DNA from: Candidatus Melainabacteria bacterium 17Bon1m | GTDB lineage: Bacteria > Cyanobacteriota > Vampirovibrionia > Obscuribacterales > Obscuribacteraceae | Length of the DNA: 64,000 nucleotides | Direction of reading: 5' to 3' | NCBI GenBank assembly: GCA_032128875.1 | Contig: JAVLKG010000001.1 | Span: 608,001 to 672,000, forward strand | Shown here: positions 39,238 to 49,720 of the stretch, piece after piece | How positions within the stretch are numbered: the first letter of the stretch is position 1 | How the letters are laid out: each line of letters begins with the position of its first letter | Translations under genes and position numbers: made by a program | Notes under the pieces: generated by a model | Told to the model about the DNA's origin: nothing | The model's database searches: none | The model's input: only the letters and a program-made list of their open reading frames with translations

Positions 39238-40032
39238 ATGACAATTAGATCTCACGTAATCGACTATGTAATCCTCGGCGACGATATGCAGGCTGTAGAG
39301 ATCGAGCTTGATCCAGGAGAAACAGTGATTGCCGAAGCCGGCGCCATGAATTACATGGAAGAAGGCATTTCATTCGAAGCAAAGATGGGCGACGGAACGG
39401 ACGCCGATCAGGGCGTTATGGGCAAATTGTTCGGCGCCGGAAAACGTCTTTTGGCTGGCGAGTCATTGATGATTACTCACTTCACCAACCAGGGCCGCGG
39501 CAAACAAAAGGTTGCCTTCGCCGCACCTTACCCGGGCAGAATTATTCCGATGAATCTCGGGGAAATGGGCGGTGAGGTTCTTGTTCAACGGGATGGTTTC
39601 TTGTGTGCTGCATTCGGTACTAAACTGAACGTTGCTTTTACTCAAAAGCTTGGTGCTGGTTTTTTCGGTGGGGAAGGATTTGTTCTTCAAAGCTTGAAGG
39701 GTGACGGTCTGGCATTTGTGCATGCCTGCGGCGCCATTATCAAACGTGAACTGCGCGGTGAAACGCTGCGTGTTGATACCGGATGTATTGTTGCATTCAC
39801 TCCTGGTATTTCTTACGATATTCAGCGTGCTGGAAATCTGAAGTCAATGATCTTCGGTGGTGAAGGACTATTCCTCGCTACGCTTAGAGGAACAGGAACA
39901 GTCTGGATGCAGAGCCTGCCATTCTCCCGTCTTGCTAACCGCATTCTCGAACATGCTCCACAAAGTGGTGGAAACACAGTCGAGCAAGGCGGCGGGTTGA
40001 TGGGCCTTGGCAGAATGTTCGAATCAGAGTGA
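39238..40032 (+). CDS. TIGR00266/AIM24 family protein
   Basis: [41 protein letters not shown]. Confidence 0.93.
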   Translation: MTIRSHVIDYVILGDDMQAVEIELDPGETVIAEAGAMNYMEEGISFEAKMGDGTDADQGVMGKLFGAGKRLLAGESLMITHFTNQGRGKQKVAFAAPYPGRIIPMNLGEMGGEVLVQRDGFLCAAFGTKLNVAFTQKLGAGFFGGEGFVLQSLKGDGLAFVHACGAIIKRELRGETLRVDTGCIVAFTPGISYDIQRAGNLKSMIFGGEGLFLATLRGTGTVWMQSLPFSRLANRILEHAPQSGGNTVEQGGGLMGLGRMFESE

Positions 40033-40035
40033 ACT

Positions 40036-40710
40036 CTACGAAGCTTTTCTTGCACCGAAATCTGATTTGTTGAGCACGGTTCCTTTGAATCTGCGCACCA
40101 CATAAACAGGTGTACCTGTGCGCACCATGCCGTACAAGTGTGAAATGTCACTGTTGGAATGGCGGATGCACCCATGGCTAACACTTTTTCGAATCAAGTT
40201 AGGTTGATTGGTTCCATGTAAAAGCAATTCGTATTTGTTTAGATAAATCGCCGCCACACCCAATGGGTTATTTCGGTCTTTATTGTAGGGGGCGTACTTG
40301 CGCTTCTTGCCCTTGATTGTTTTCGGCACTATCCATTCAGGATATTGCTTCTTGCCTGTTACGACATAACGACCGGATGGAGTGGGTTTATCTTGCGACC
40401 CGATCGCGTTGGAGATTGTTAGCACTCTTACCACTCCACGATCTTGCAATTGCAGTGCGTATGTGAAATGACTGCCTTTGTCTACAATTACGACTGTGGG
40501 CTTGTCTGAATGATATCCGTTCATCTTCATCGCAGAACCGAGCACATAGTGATTATTGACGAAGACCCCATCAGACTTCGGATTTTTCGCACCATTTGCA
40601 GATTTTTTCGGCGGGGATTCTTTATGTGGTGCTGCTGTGACTGAACTCGCGAATGCGAATTGGCACATGAAAATTACCAGTAAATAAGCCATGTACCTCT
40701 GTAATCGCAT
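40036..40710 (-). CDS. L,D-transpeptidase (YkuD domain)
   Basis: TPSGRY, NPLG, LHGT...SHGCIR; signal peptide. Confidence 0.92.
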   Translation of the reverse strand: MRLQRYMAYLLVIFMCQFAFASSVTAAPHKESPPKKSANGAKNPKSDGVFVNNHYVLGSAMKMNGYHSDKPTVVIVDKGSHFTYALQLQDRGVVRVLTISNAIGSQDKPTPSGRYVVTGKKQYPEWIVPKTIKGKKRKYAPYNKDRNNPLGVAAIYLNKYELLLHGTNQPNLIRKSVSHGCIRHSNSDISHLYGMVRTGTPVYVVRRFKGTVLNKSDFGARKAS

Positions 40711-40728
40711 TGAGAATTTCCCCCTTTC

Positions 40729-41442
40729 TTATTGTTTTGCTTTGTTCGATTTGTAGACTTCATAGGGATCGAGTGCACGCGCTTGCCACCATTTTTTATC
40801 CGGCGTCAAAACAGAAATCGAAAGATGCAAATGTGGTGTATTGGGCGGTGCATTGCCGGACGTACCGACAAATCCTATTATTTGGCCGCGTTTTACCTTG
40901 TCGCCCTCTTTTAGATTTTGCTCGTACTTTTCCAAATGCGCGTAGTAGTAAACATATTTGCTGCTTGGATCTATTTGGTAAATTGTGTTGCCGCCAAATC
41001 GACTTAGAAAAAGCTTTGCAATCGTGCCGTCTTCTAATGCACGTATAGGGGTATTTCGAGGAGCAATAATGTCGGTGGCTTCATGCGCACTGTCGCCTCT
41101 CTTTTCGTAGAAAGAACCTTTGAGATTGTCCGCAGAAATGCCATCTATTGGCAGCAGAAGATGCCTTGCGCTAAGTTCTGCGATCGCTGCTCGTATTTGC
41201 GCATCTGATACCAGTGCGGCGGCGTCTATTATCTTGTTCTCTTTCTCTTGCTTTTTTTCGAAGCCTGGTTTACTTTCTGGCTTTTCGCTGTGAGTGAATC
41301 CTTGTCCCTTGATCGGACTTGACTGTGCGATGAGTTGTGCAAAGAGAGCCTGTAGAAGAACAATAAAGATCGCGATAGTAAGCGCCTTGGAAATACTGAT
41401 TTTTCTCGTTCGCAACATCCAGCTCGTCTTCCTAGATTTCAA
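40729..41442 (-). CDS. M23 family metallopeptidase
   Basis: HEATD, YYAHL, VGTSGNA and PHLH; N-terminal TM helix. Confidence 0.92.
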   Translation of the reverse strand: MKSRKTSWMLRTRKISISKALTIAIFIVLLQALFAQLIAQSSPIKGQGFTHSEKPESKPGFEKKQEKENKIIDAAALVSDAQIRAAIAELSARHLLLPIDGISADNLKGSFYEKRGDSAHEATDIIAPRNTPIRALEDGTIAKLFLSRFGGNTIYQIDPSSKYVYYYAHLEKYEQNLKEGDKVKRGQIIGFVGTSGNAPPNTPHLHLSISVLTPDKKWWQARALDPYEVYKSNKAKQ

Positions 41443-41564
41443 AAGATTGGAATATATTTTTTTAAAACAAAGATTTGAAAACGACGCACGTGAAATAGGA
41501 ACCCTTCCAACGCTCGCTGGAAGACGAAGACCGGGGCGACCCCTTGTTAGTTCCCAAGATTGCG

Positions 41565-42665
41565 CTAAGCGGCAATTTCTAGCGGAACAACCTTGGTATC
41601 CAATGGTTTGCTGTTTTGTTCTTCGATAAAGGTGAGAAACGCTACCAGCGTCATCTCTTTCTTAGACAGTCCGGTACGATGCCTGACTGGAACATTCAAC
41701 CTGCTCATAATTGATGGCAATGTGCCGTCTTCAGCGGCGGAGAGGATGGCTGAGTGAATGTAACTCTTCCTGCAAACGGCAGGTGTGTTTCCTAAGGCTT
41801 GCGAGGCAGCTTTGACAGCGGCGCTTATGAAGCGTTTTGTTGCCGTCTTACTGAGATCTTCCGGCATCTCGCAGAGTTCAGAAAGTGCAACTACACTACC
41901 TTTCCAGGTCCTGAAGTCTTTGGCTGTAATAGATTCTCTGGCAACTTCTAAGAGATAAGAATTGACGTCTGATGAAGTAATTGCGACATACTCGTCATTG
42001 GCATTCTGATATGAGAAAAGAAACTCTCCATCGCTCTTTTCACAGTCTTCTATAACCGCAGCCAGTGCTTCGTCACTGCAATTCATCTCGATTTGCTTGC
42101 CTGATTTGCCTCTGAAATTGAAACGAATATTGCTGTCGGAACGCTCGACATGTTCTGAAGATAGAGTTGTAGCTCCTCTCGAATCGTTTGCGTGCAAATA
42201 CTGTTTGTTTCCTACTCTCAAGCAGGCTTTGTCGAGCAAGCGCACAACGGCGGCAACGACACGTCTCTTGTTGAGTTCGTCAATCTTCAGATCTCCCTGG
42301 ACATTTCTGCGAATTGTCGGGAGCAAACGGGCAAACTGCCGCAGGCGTCCGTATTTATGCGCTGCGCTCGCCTCGTGCCACTTTGGATGATAAATGTATT
42401 GCTTTCTGCCGGCATCATCAATGCCAGTTGCTTGAATGTGTCCGTCGCTATGAATACAGATCCATACATTTTTCCAAGCCGGCGGAATCACTAGACTGAC
42501 GAGCCTTTCGCGGGTTTCCTTGCAGGCAATTGTTCGCCCTGCATCGTCTATGTACTTGAAGCCCTTACCGTTTTTTTTGCGAGTGTAGCCTGTTCTGAAA
42601 TCCTGTATATATTTGAGTCCTGCGCTCTGCGCGCGTGCATGCCAATCATTCATATCGTTTGTCAC
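41565..42665 (-). CDS. Bacterial DNA topoisomerase IB
   Basis: IPPAW, GRKQYIYH, LRVGN, FRGKSG, KDFRTW, LGNTPAVCRKSY (catalytic Tyr). Confidence 0.95.
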   Translation of the reverse strand: MTNDMNDWHARAQSAGLKYIQDFRTGYTRKKNGKGFKYIDDAGRTIACKETRERLVSLVIPPAWKNVWICIHSDGHIQATGIDDAGRKQYIYHPKWHEASAAHKYGRLRQFARLLPTIRRNVQGDLKIDELNKRRVVAAVVRLLDKACLRVGNKQYLHANDSRGATTLSSEHVERSDSNIRFNFRGKSGKQIEMNCSDEALAAVIEDCEKSDGEFLFSYQNANDEYVAITSSDVNSYLLEVARESITAKDFRTWKGSVVALSELCEMPEDLSKTATKRFISAAVKAASQALGNTPAVCRKSYIHSAILSAAEDGTLPSIMSRLNVPVRHRTGLSKKEMTLVAFLTFIEEQNSKPLDTKVVPLEIAA

Positions 42666-42796
42666 TTATATTTTTCAACGTAGTCTCAAGAGCGCATTAA
42701 GCGCCGGAAAGTTCCAAGCACAAGCGACTACAAAGGTGCAGTCACGTTAACTTTCCACGTCTGCTGTCGAAATTCGACGCCGAATTGGCGGCAAAG

Positions 42797-43576
42797 CTAT
42801 TTGTCTAGAATCATTTCTTCAAGCATGTTTACGGCTTGCTCGGTCTTTTTCTTGCGCTGAGTTACTTCGTTGAGTGATTTGACTATTTTGAAGTTGGAGG
42901 GATATGAAAATTCCGAGACCGGCACGGACACTTCCATAAATGACATTGTGTCGAGGGTGGTGTCCACTCTTTTGTTTGGATAGTTTCGTGTTCTTTTGAG
43001 CAGCAATCCTGTTTCATTTGGCATTCCGTAGATGCCCCGCAGGAAATTCTGAACTGGAGGATCGAACTTCATAAACCTGCTCAGCAAAAACTCTTCAGAC
43101 TTGAACTCAGCAGATCGGCTCGGGCTTTCTCTGTAAATCATTTCGACTTGTTCTTTCACTGGGTCTGAGCTAGTAACGGTTGGCAGTACTAATTCTGCCG
43201 CCTTGCCGCGCCACAATGACGGTACACGCGATTTCTCTTTTGCCTTTTGCTTGTCCACCAGCCTGAAAGCCCGGAATCGCCAGTCGTCGTTGCTGAATAC
43301 CATGCCGATTTTTTCTTTTTCATTGGCGACTTTAATATCCCATTTTGGTGGCAGACCTACACAAACGACGTGTTGTACCGGGCACAGCATTTTGACCCCC
43401 GCCTTGCTCAAATAAAGAGTAATATTGCCCTCTAATTGGCTGGTCTGTTGTACTTTCCACACCTTGATGTTCTTCTGCAAATGCTGTGCGGCCTGCATCG
43501 GAGGCGCGACGCATATAAATGCAGTTGCCGTACCTATAAGAATTGATTGATGTTGATAGAACTTGTGGCGCCGCAA
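42797..43576 (-). CDS. Hypothetical exported protein
   Basis: Signal-like N-terminus and beta-rich body; RBS aggag before GTG. Confidence 0.6.
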   Translation of the reverse strand: MRRHKFYQHQSILIGTATAFICVAPPMQAAQHLQKNIKVWKVQQTSQLEGNITLYLSKAGVKMLCPVQHVVCVGLPPKWDIKVANEKEKIGMVFSNDDWRFRAFRLVDKQKAKEKSRVPSLWRGKAAELVLPTVTSSDPVKEQVEMIYRESPSRSAEFKSEEFLLSRFMKFDPPVQNFLRGIYGMPNETGLLLKRTRNYPNKRVDTTLDTMSFMEVSVPVSEFSYPSNFKIVKSLNEVTQRKKKTEQAVNMLEEMILDK

Positions 43577-43699
43577 CAGATTCGCTCCTTGGGTCGACCA
43601 TCTTTATTATCCCCCAAAAACACAATTTGGCGAGTCGTCAGCATGTTAGGATCGTTTGCCTGAATAGATGCGAAAAATGTAAAAGGGGGCTCGGAGCCA

Positions 43700-44308
43700 A
43701 TGAGTACCGAAATCAGTTGGGAAGACCATTACAAAAACGCGACCGATCGGTTGCCTTGGGACATCGGTACGCCTGCCCCAGAGCTTCAGAATGCCTTCAA
43801 AGAGTTGAAATTGCAGGGTAAACCGGTTTTAGAGATCGGCTGCGGAACTGGCACAAACGCAATCTGGATGGCTCAACAGAACTGCAAGGTGGTGGCAACA
43901 GATATTTCGCCAACTGCAATCGAACAAGCTAAAGCTAAAACCAACGAAGCAAAAGCAGATGTTGAGTACGTTTTGGCAGATATTTGCGAGTCACCAGCAG
44001 TGAAAGACGGCGCTGTTGATTTTGTTTTTGACAGAGGCGTTTATCACGTGATGTCACCGGAGAAGCGCTCGGTTTTTGCCAAGCGCGTAGCAGACTCGCT
44101 GAGCAGTGGTGGATACTGGCTGTGTCTGGCTGGTTCGAAGGATGAAGTGCGGGAGAACCCTGAAGTCGGTCCGCCTCAACTTTCTGCTGTTGAAGTTATC
44201 GAGCCCATGGAAGAATTTTTCGAAATTCACAAGCTCGATCGTGCTCATTTCTACCTTCCTAATGGCACCAAGCACGTCGCCTGGCTCGTACTCGTCAAGA
44301 AAAGATAG
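43700..44308 (+). CDS. Class I SAM-dependent methyltransferase (TPMT-like)
   Basis: PWDIG, VLEIGCGTG, DISPTAI, VFDRGVYH. Confidence 0.92.
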   Translation: MSTEISWEDHYKNATDRLPWDIGTPAPELQNAFKELKLQGKPVLEIGCGTGTNAIWMAQQNCKVVATDISPTAIEQAKAKTNEAKADVEYVLADICESPAVKDGAVDFVFDRGVYHVMSPEKRSVFAKRVADSLSSGGYWLCLAGSKDEVRENPEVGPPQLSAVEVIEPMEEFFEIHKLDRAHFYLPNGTKHVAWLVLVKKR

Positions 44309-44509
44309 AGCCGTCAGACTGTAATCACGTTAAGGGACTAAAAACGTATCCCGGGGTATTGCTGTCTTGTCCCGCGGGAAAGCCGGACAGGATGTCTGTC
44401 AACGCTTGTTGGAACAGTCTTTTGGGAATTACACAAAGCTGCCACAAAGTTATGGTCAAATCTACCATGCCATCCGTGGCACCCCTTACTAGCACACCAG
44501 GTTACGTTT

Positions 44510-45286
44510 ATGAAAAACAGGCACTTCCTCGCCTTTGCAGTGGCATCGCTGGTAGCTCTTTGCTCTAATACATTGGTTTTTGCAGCTGAAGTAGGCTCTG
44601 TTGAGACCACACCGCTTGAAGTTCAATACACATCAGCCAGCGAAGAATTGACCACGCAGTTAAAACAGCTTGCATCGCTCGGAGGCGGCATTACGCCTTT
44701 CGTGAACCGCCAGAAGCAAATCGACCAAGTCTTTGCTGATGGTGACCATGAAAGTGCTGTGAATGACCTGGTTCATTTGAATAAGAGCGTTAAAGAACAG
44801 TTGTCCAACTTGAAAGAGTTGAGGACAGCGAAGAAAGCTGCCGCTGCGACCAGAGTCGCGTCTGTCAAAACTAGCGTTCGCTCGAGCTCTTTGGCTGTTT
44901 CACCAGCCAGCATGTCTCAATTGAATATGCTGATGGTCAACCAAGTCGGTGCTGGAAACTACTCGAATTATGCAGGTGATGCTGATGGTTACGCCAAAAC
45001 CGTCGCCAACGACATCCTTTCCAGAGAGCTTGGGAATCTCGGAATCCCGTGCAAAGGTCCCTTTCGTGTTGAGAGATTCCGCAACCTGCAGCGCATAAAT
45101 GAATTGCGCCAAAAAGGTCAAAAAATTGATGGTTATCTCGATTACCACAGACGAACTGAAGAACTGGCTTCTCTTGCGAGAAACGATTCATCAAGACTGG
45201 GTCAGTTGAGCAGTGAAGTTCGTTATTTAGAACAGCAACTTGGTCTGTCACCACTTACTGGTTCGCGTAAGATCGCTACTTACTAG
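44510..45286 (+). CDS. Hypothetical exported helical protein
   Basis: Signal peptide ending VFA; 2 bp upstream of the next gene. Confidence 0.65.
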   Translation: MKNRHFLAFAVASLVALCSNTLVFAAEVGSVETTPLEVQYTSASEELTTQLKQLASLGGGITPFVNRQKQIDQVFADGDHESAVNDLVHLNKSVKEQLSNLKELRTAKKAAAATRVASVKTSVRSSSLAVSPASMSQLNMLMVNQVGAGNYSNYAGDADGYAKTVANDILSRELGNLGIPCKGPFRVERFRNLQRINELRQKGQKIDGYLDYHRRTEELASLARNDSSRLGQLSSEVRYLEQQLGLSPLTGSRKIATY

Positions 45287-45288
45287 TC

Positions 45289-46668
45289 ATGTCCTTCTGC
45301 GATACATCTCTACAATTAGAAGCAACCGACAAAATGCTCGCTCAAGCTGCTGAGTTGGCTTCACGCGGGCGTCATGTTGAAGCGGAAAGACTGTATCAGG
45401 AGAGTCTAAAAAATATTGTTGGTTTGTATGGTGCCAGAACCCTTAAAGCTTGCTCTTGCCTTTTGGAGCTTTCGGACATTTATTATCACAACGAACAGTA
45501 CGCAGAGGTCATAACCCTTTTAGAGCAGGTTCTTGTCACCAGTCAGAGCGAAGAGATATTTGCTGACGAAAAACTTCTTTCAATCAAATTTAAGTTGGCC
45601 AGAGCACTGGAGAAAACCGGCAATCTGAAACAAGCGGGACAGTGCTATTCAGAGGTTCTGAGCGAAGCAACTGTAGTCTGCGGTCCAACGTCAACATTCA
45701 CCAGAACTGTTGTCGAATGTGTGAGATTGCTTGCCAAAAGAACCGCTCAAACATCAAGTACTGAGACAACCTCAGAGCCGCAGGATTCCTCGAAACATCG
45801 ATTTGTACGCGAAGTCCCGAGAAATCGCGCATATAATTCTGAAATCGATTCGCCTCCGCAATTGCTTCGTCGAAATCTGCGCGCAATCATCACAATTCCG
45901 ACTGCCTGCATTCTTGTTCTCTGGCTGTTCTTCTCCGGTGTGCTCGAAGATAAAAGTGGTCGGACAGACAAAGAAAGGGAAACTGGTGCGAGCGCGACAG
46001 CCGCGCTGAACCCCACATCTTTAGCGGAGTTTGCTGGTCATTATAGTTCTACGGATGGTATCAAACAATTTGAATTGCAAGACGGTGGCAAAGGTCTTTT
46101 GGTCCTTGGTCCTGATGCGGAAGAAGTGAAGGTTTCGAAGCTGTCTGGTGAGCTCTATGCTGAAACCGAAGGTTTGAGGGTGGTTTTTAGGCCAACCGGT
46201 AATTCTCTAGTTGACGAGCAGGGGGTAAAACTATTTAAGCGCGGAACGCCAGAACTCGGAGTCGTCGCTGCTGCACGCAAATTGGCTGATGATTTCAATC
46301 GTTATTATGCTCGCTACGGGAAGTATCCTCGCTCTCAAATGAGCCTTCAAAGTGCTGGCATCTCGTACAGTAATGCTCTTACCCTCAGACCGACGCATCC
46401 CAAGTTGATGGCAGTAAGCTCGGACAATGCCGGTTCTTCAATGACTCTTGCGGATTATCAAAACGCCAACTGGATGGCCACTAACCTGCTGTCGATGAAT
46501 GGTGCAATGGGCGAGCCCGGTGGAATTGAAGTGCATGTATTTCCTGTCTCCAGTGTGGGGGAGACGGTGTACATCAGAGGCTTTGATAGAGATGGACATC
46601 TTCTGCCGAGCAGCACTGTCGGCAAATGCTTCACTGTAGTGCTTGTGGCCGGCACCGTGAGCAAATAG
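45289..46668 (+). CDS. TPR-TM-ectodomain membrane protein, paralogue of 22761-24683
   Basis: TPRs (AERLYQESL), TM IITIPTACILVLWLFF, YSSTDG and YIRGFDRDG motifs. Confidence 0.7.
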   Translation: MSFCDTSLQLEATDKMLAQAAELASRGRHVEAERLYQESLKNIVGLYGARTLKACSCLLELSDIYYHNEQYAEVITLLEQVLVTSQSEEIFADEKLLSIKFKLARALEKTGNLKQAGQCYSEVLSEATVVCGPTSTFTRTVVECVRLLAKRTAQTSSTETTSEPQDSSKHRFVREVPRNRAYNSEIDSPPQLLRRNLRAIITIPTACILVLWLFFSGVLEDKSGRTDKERETGASATAALNPTSLAEFAGHYSSTDGIKQFELQDGGKGLLVLGPDAEEVKVSKLSGELYAETEGLRVVFRPTGNSLVDEQGVKLFKRGTPELGVVAAARKLADDFNRYYARYGKYPRSQMSLQSAGISYSNALTLRPTHPKLMAVSSDNAGSSMTLADYQNANWMATNLLSMNGAMGEPGGIEVHVFPVSSVGETVYIRGFDRDGHLLPSSTVGKCFTVVLVAGTVSK

Positions 46669-46676
46669 CGCCAAAT

Positions 46677-46708
46677 AAAAGAGGGAGCCGCGTACGGCTC
46701 CCTTCTCT
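46677..46708. terminator. Intrinsic terminator between convergent genes
   Basis: aaaa-gagggagccg-cgta-cggctccctt-ctct. Confidence 0.8.
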
Positions 46709-46837
46709 GATCGCATTTGTAAGCGCCTGTCCCGCGATCTATAAAATCTCTGCACGACCTCCCTATTTGGCAATGGCTTCCCGGGATTCGAGACGCTTGC
46801 TAGCTTATTGCACATGCTTACGTGCCATCCAAAATGC

Positions 46838-47206
46838 TTATTTTGCAACCGTTGCGATTTCCCACGAGAGGTTGTTGGCCGCGTGTGCGTCCAGTATCGA
46901 TTCAATTTGATCGAGCTTGCGCATTATTGGTGCATTGCTGCGTACCGAGCTGTCGATAGCGAAGTATTCGTTTTCTGCGCGAGCACCATCGAGGTCGCGC
47001 TGTAGTTGTGCCATTTCATAACCGTTTATCAAGCCAGCGTTAAACGCGCATTGAATTTCCCTCGATATTTGCGACTCTCTTTGGTTGACTGGACCACGCA
47101 TATGATGCGCAGTGAACGGAGTATCAGCAAACGCTGCCGGCATCGATAGGAATGTTAGTACTACAAGTGGTGCAATTATTTCTGGCTTGATGTTCGAGAG
47201 CTTCAT
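46838..47206 (-). CDS. Small exported protein
   Basis: RBS gaggagga; signal peptide ending AFA. Confidence 0.7.
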   Translation of the reverse strand: MKLSNIKPEIIAPLVVLTFLSMPAAFADTPFTAHHMRGPVNQRESQISREIQCAFNAGLINGYEMAQLQRDLDGARAENEYFAIDSSVRSNAPIMRKLDQIESILDAHAANNLSWEIATVAK

Positions 47207-47506
47207 GGTCGTATCCTCCTCAACCTATTTTTTTCTTGGCGACCTATCTGTTTCCTTGAGCACGTTCGCTTCAGTGCTTACATTGCCAACATAGGCGCGA
47301 TTTGTGAGGGACCTGTGAATACAGAGTCTCTTAAGGTTTCAGGGTTTTTCAGGATTTTTCAGGATTAGGCGGGCTTGGGTGGTGTAAAAGGGGTTTTTCA
47401 TTCCTGCGCAGTAGCCCGAACGGGTGTTTTCAGACATTTGGGCCCCTTGCTAGGATGAATTTGGGGCGGTTCGACTAGTGAGTTGCGAACCGCGTGTGGG
47501 GGGATT

Positions 47507-48262
47507 ATGTCCAACTTTCGTGCGCTTACATTTTCTTTGGTCATTTTATCTGTATCTTTCATATCAACTTCAGGGCCAGCGGCGGCCGCCGGTGTAGCTA
47601 CCAGCGCAGATGTAAAACCCGCTGCGTTGCTCAAAAAATCTTACGATCAGATGGTAGACGGTGAGTTTCGTGATGCCGTCGACACTCAGGTGTTGGCTGT
47701 CAAAGCTGACAAGAACAGCGTCGATGCTCGGCGCTATCTGAGTTATTCTCTGCTGAAAATTGGTGCTTCTGAAGAAGCTATTGAACAGTTGAATAACTTA
47801 TTGTCTATGACCAAACCTACAACAATCGATATGTTGATGTGCGGTGAGGCCTGCCTGCAGTCCGGCCGCTTGAAGCAAGCAGAACGATGGTTCAAAGAGG
47901 CATTATCTAAAGATCCGCAGCTTGCCTGTGCAAAAACCGGATTAGCAAATGTTGCCGCAGCGAAAACGAAATTGGTTTCGCCTGCTAAGGGAGCACCACA
48001 GTCCGAGGAATTGGTCGCAGAAGCGCCCAAAACTACCTTTGAGCTTGGTCAAGTCAGACCTGAAGATGGGGTGATTGCTTATACAGTGCGAACTTCAGGC
48101 GATCAAGACACGCAGTCCTACGCCAGTGAAACAGCACGCCAATTGCGTAATTCATCAGCGAACCAGCGGGTCGCTAGCGTGCAGCCGTCAGGCAATGGTG
48201 CTACCGGCAATAATCAAGTCGTGAATGCGTGGGCGAATTACAAAGGAATTCAAAGGCACTAG
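47507..48262 (+). CDS. Exported TPR protein
   Basis: Signal peptide; TPRs (ARRYLSYSLLKIG, AERWFKEALSKDP). Confidence 0.78.
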   Translation: MSNFRALTFSLVILSVSFISTSGPAAAAGVATSADVKPAALLKKSYDQMVDGEFRDAVDTQVLAVKADKNSVDARRYLSYSLLKIGASEEAIEQLNNLLSMTKPTTIDMLMCGEACLQSGRLKQAERWFKEALSKDPQLACAKTGLANVAAAKTKLVSPAKGAPQSEELVAEAPKTTFELGQVRPEDGVIAYTVRTSGDQDTQSYASETARQLRNSSANQRVASVQPSGNGATGNNQVVNAWANYKGIQRH

Positions 48263-48280
48263 AAAAAGTTTCGACAAGCC

Positions 48281-48336
48281 AAAGCTGAAGCAGTTGCAAT
48301 CGCAGATTCTCTGTTGGTGCAACTGCTTTTTGCTTT
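48281..48336 (+). terminator. Long hairpin, probable terminator
   Basis: aagcagttgca...tgcaactgctt followed by tttgcttt. Confidence 0.65.
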
Positions 48337-48538
48337 AACGCTTCGTGTCGCTCAACGACAGTGAAGAAGCGCATCTTGAAATGAACTCTTTACGATATTG
48401 TCACCCCGTCAGGTGATTCATACTTCAGAATCGTTTGGTAGGCTTGGATTATCAAATTTTGTGAGGGGAAGTCCTGAAGCCATGCTTTCGGTTTAGACCG
48501 GTACGCACGGTGACGGGTTTAGAGGGGAGATTGGCTCT

Positions 48539-49123
48539 ATGAAGAGTCATCGTTTTGGCATGCCGATAGGCCGGTCTTGCGTCAGCCACTTGGCTGAGCA
48601 AAAGACAAAGAAAATTTACTACTCAAGAAATAGAAATGGCGGTGCGATTGTAGAAGCCGGTGCATCTATGGCACTACTTCTGCCCGTACTGTTGATCTTG
48701 ATGTGGGCAATAACGCAGATAAGCCAGTATTTTGTGCTCAAACAACAGCTTTCCTTTGTGGCAAGACAAGCGGCTCGCGAGGTTTCCTACGCGTATGGCA
48801 CCCTCGGGTATACCAGTATGAACAGTGGTGGTGCGAGTTCCGGCGCAGCTAATACAGGTGATTCGAATTACTTGCAAATAGTGAATGCGATATCAGTGCC
48901 TGGTGTGATCAACGCGAATTCTAATTCGCAATTCAAGGTGTTTTTCAACATTCCTAATTCTCCGAGTTTGTCGCAAAGCTATGTGACGGCGACTGTTACT
49001 TATAAATCCAGCTCCAATCTACCTAAATTTCCGTGGAATCCATTGAACACCGGATTCTTGAAGTTTGACACAACTGGCATTGTCATAAATTCATCATGCT
49101 CGTGGCCAATACCGCATTCGTAA
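48539..49123 (+). CDS. tadE: TadE-like minor pilin
   Basis: Basic leader, G|GAIVE (Glu at +5), hydrophobic helix, VARQAARE. Confidence 0.8.
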   Translation: MKSHRFGMPIGRSCVSHLAEQKTKKIYYSRNRNGGAIVEAGASMALLLPVLLILMWAITQISQYFVLKQQLSFVARQAAREVSYAYGTLGYTSMNSGGASSGAANTGDSNYLQIVNAISVPGVINANSNSQFKVFFNIPNSPSLSQSYVTATVTYKSSSNLPKFPWNPLNTGFLKFDTTGIVINSSCSWPIPHS

Positions 49124-49155
49124 TTTCTGCGTGAGTAAACTGAGGAGTTATAACC

Positions 49156-49698
49156 GTGAGAAAGTTAAGACCGGTTCGCAGAAAGCAGAGATCTGCTAGA
49201 GGCGCTCAAATAGCCGAATTCGCTGCCGCGGCCGCATTGATTATTCCGCTTTTTATTGTCGTCGTTTATCTCACATACGAGATTGCCATGTACATGTATT
49301 TGAAGTCGGGAGTCGACATCGCGGCGAAAACCGAAGCTCGTTGGTTGGCTATCAACTTCAACTATTTTGTTCAGCAAAACGGCAACAGTGCTTCTAGTTA
49401 TGCGACCTGGAAGAATAGCGGTGTGCGGGTAGCAAATTGCGTCACAACAAATGCGCAATTTACCAATGGCACCATAGATAGTTCCGGTAATTTTGTTGAG
49501 ACCGCGCCTCCGGTTCTATCCGCTGGTGAATGCTTGTCTAGTGCTAGTGGGCAAGGCGTAGTTGCTGTGAAGGTTGTTTATCCAGGTACCAGTGGGCTGC
49601 CTGCCTGGCCATTTCCGCCTTTGAATTTCTTTGGAGCAAAATTGGCTCCAGCAAATATGACTATTGCAGGTGTCTACGTTGCTGACATTGAACCTTGA
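49156..49698 (+). CDS. tadE: TadE-like minor pilin
   Basis: RG|AQIAEF prepilin site, hydrophobic helix, AAKTEAR; RBS gaggag. Confidence 0.82.
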   Translation: MRKLRPVRRKQRSARGAQIAEFAAAAALIIPLFIVVVYLTYEIAMYMYLKSGVDIAAKTEARWLAINFNYFVQQNGNSASSYATWKNSGVRVANCVTTNAQFTNGTIDSSGNFVETAPPVLSAGECLSSASGQGVVAVKVVYPGTSGLPAWPFPPLNFFGAKLAPANMTIAGVYVADIEP

Positions 49699-49720
49699 TT
49701 AAAGAGGCAGGGAAACGGTT

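Noticed and set aside
48466-48525. Possible c-di-GMP riboswitch upstream of the tad cassette
   Set aside because: Faint P2-like resemblance only; the GNRA-capped P1 and GCAAA elements are missing. An Rfam scan would settle it.
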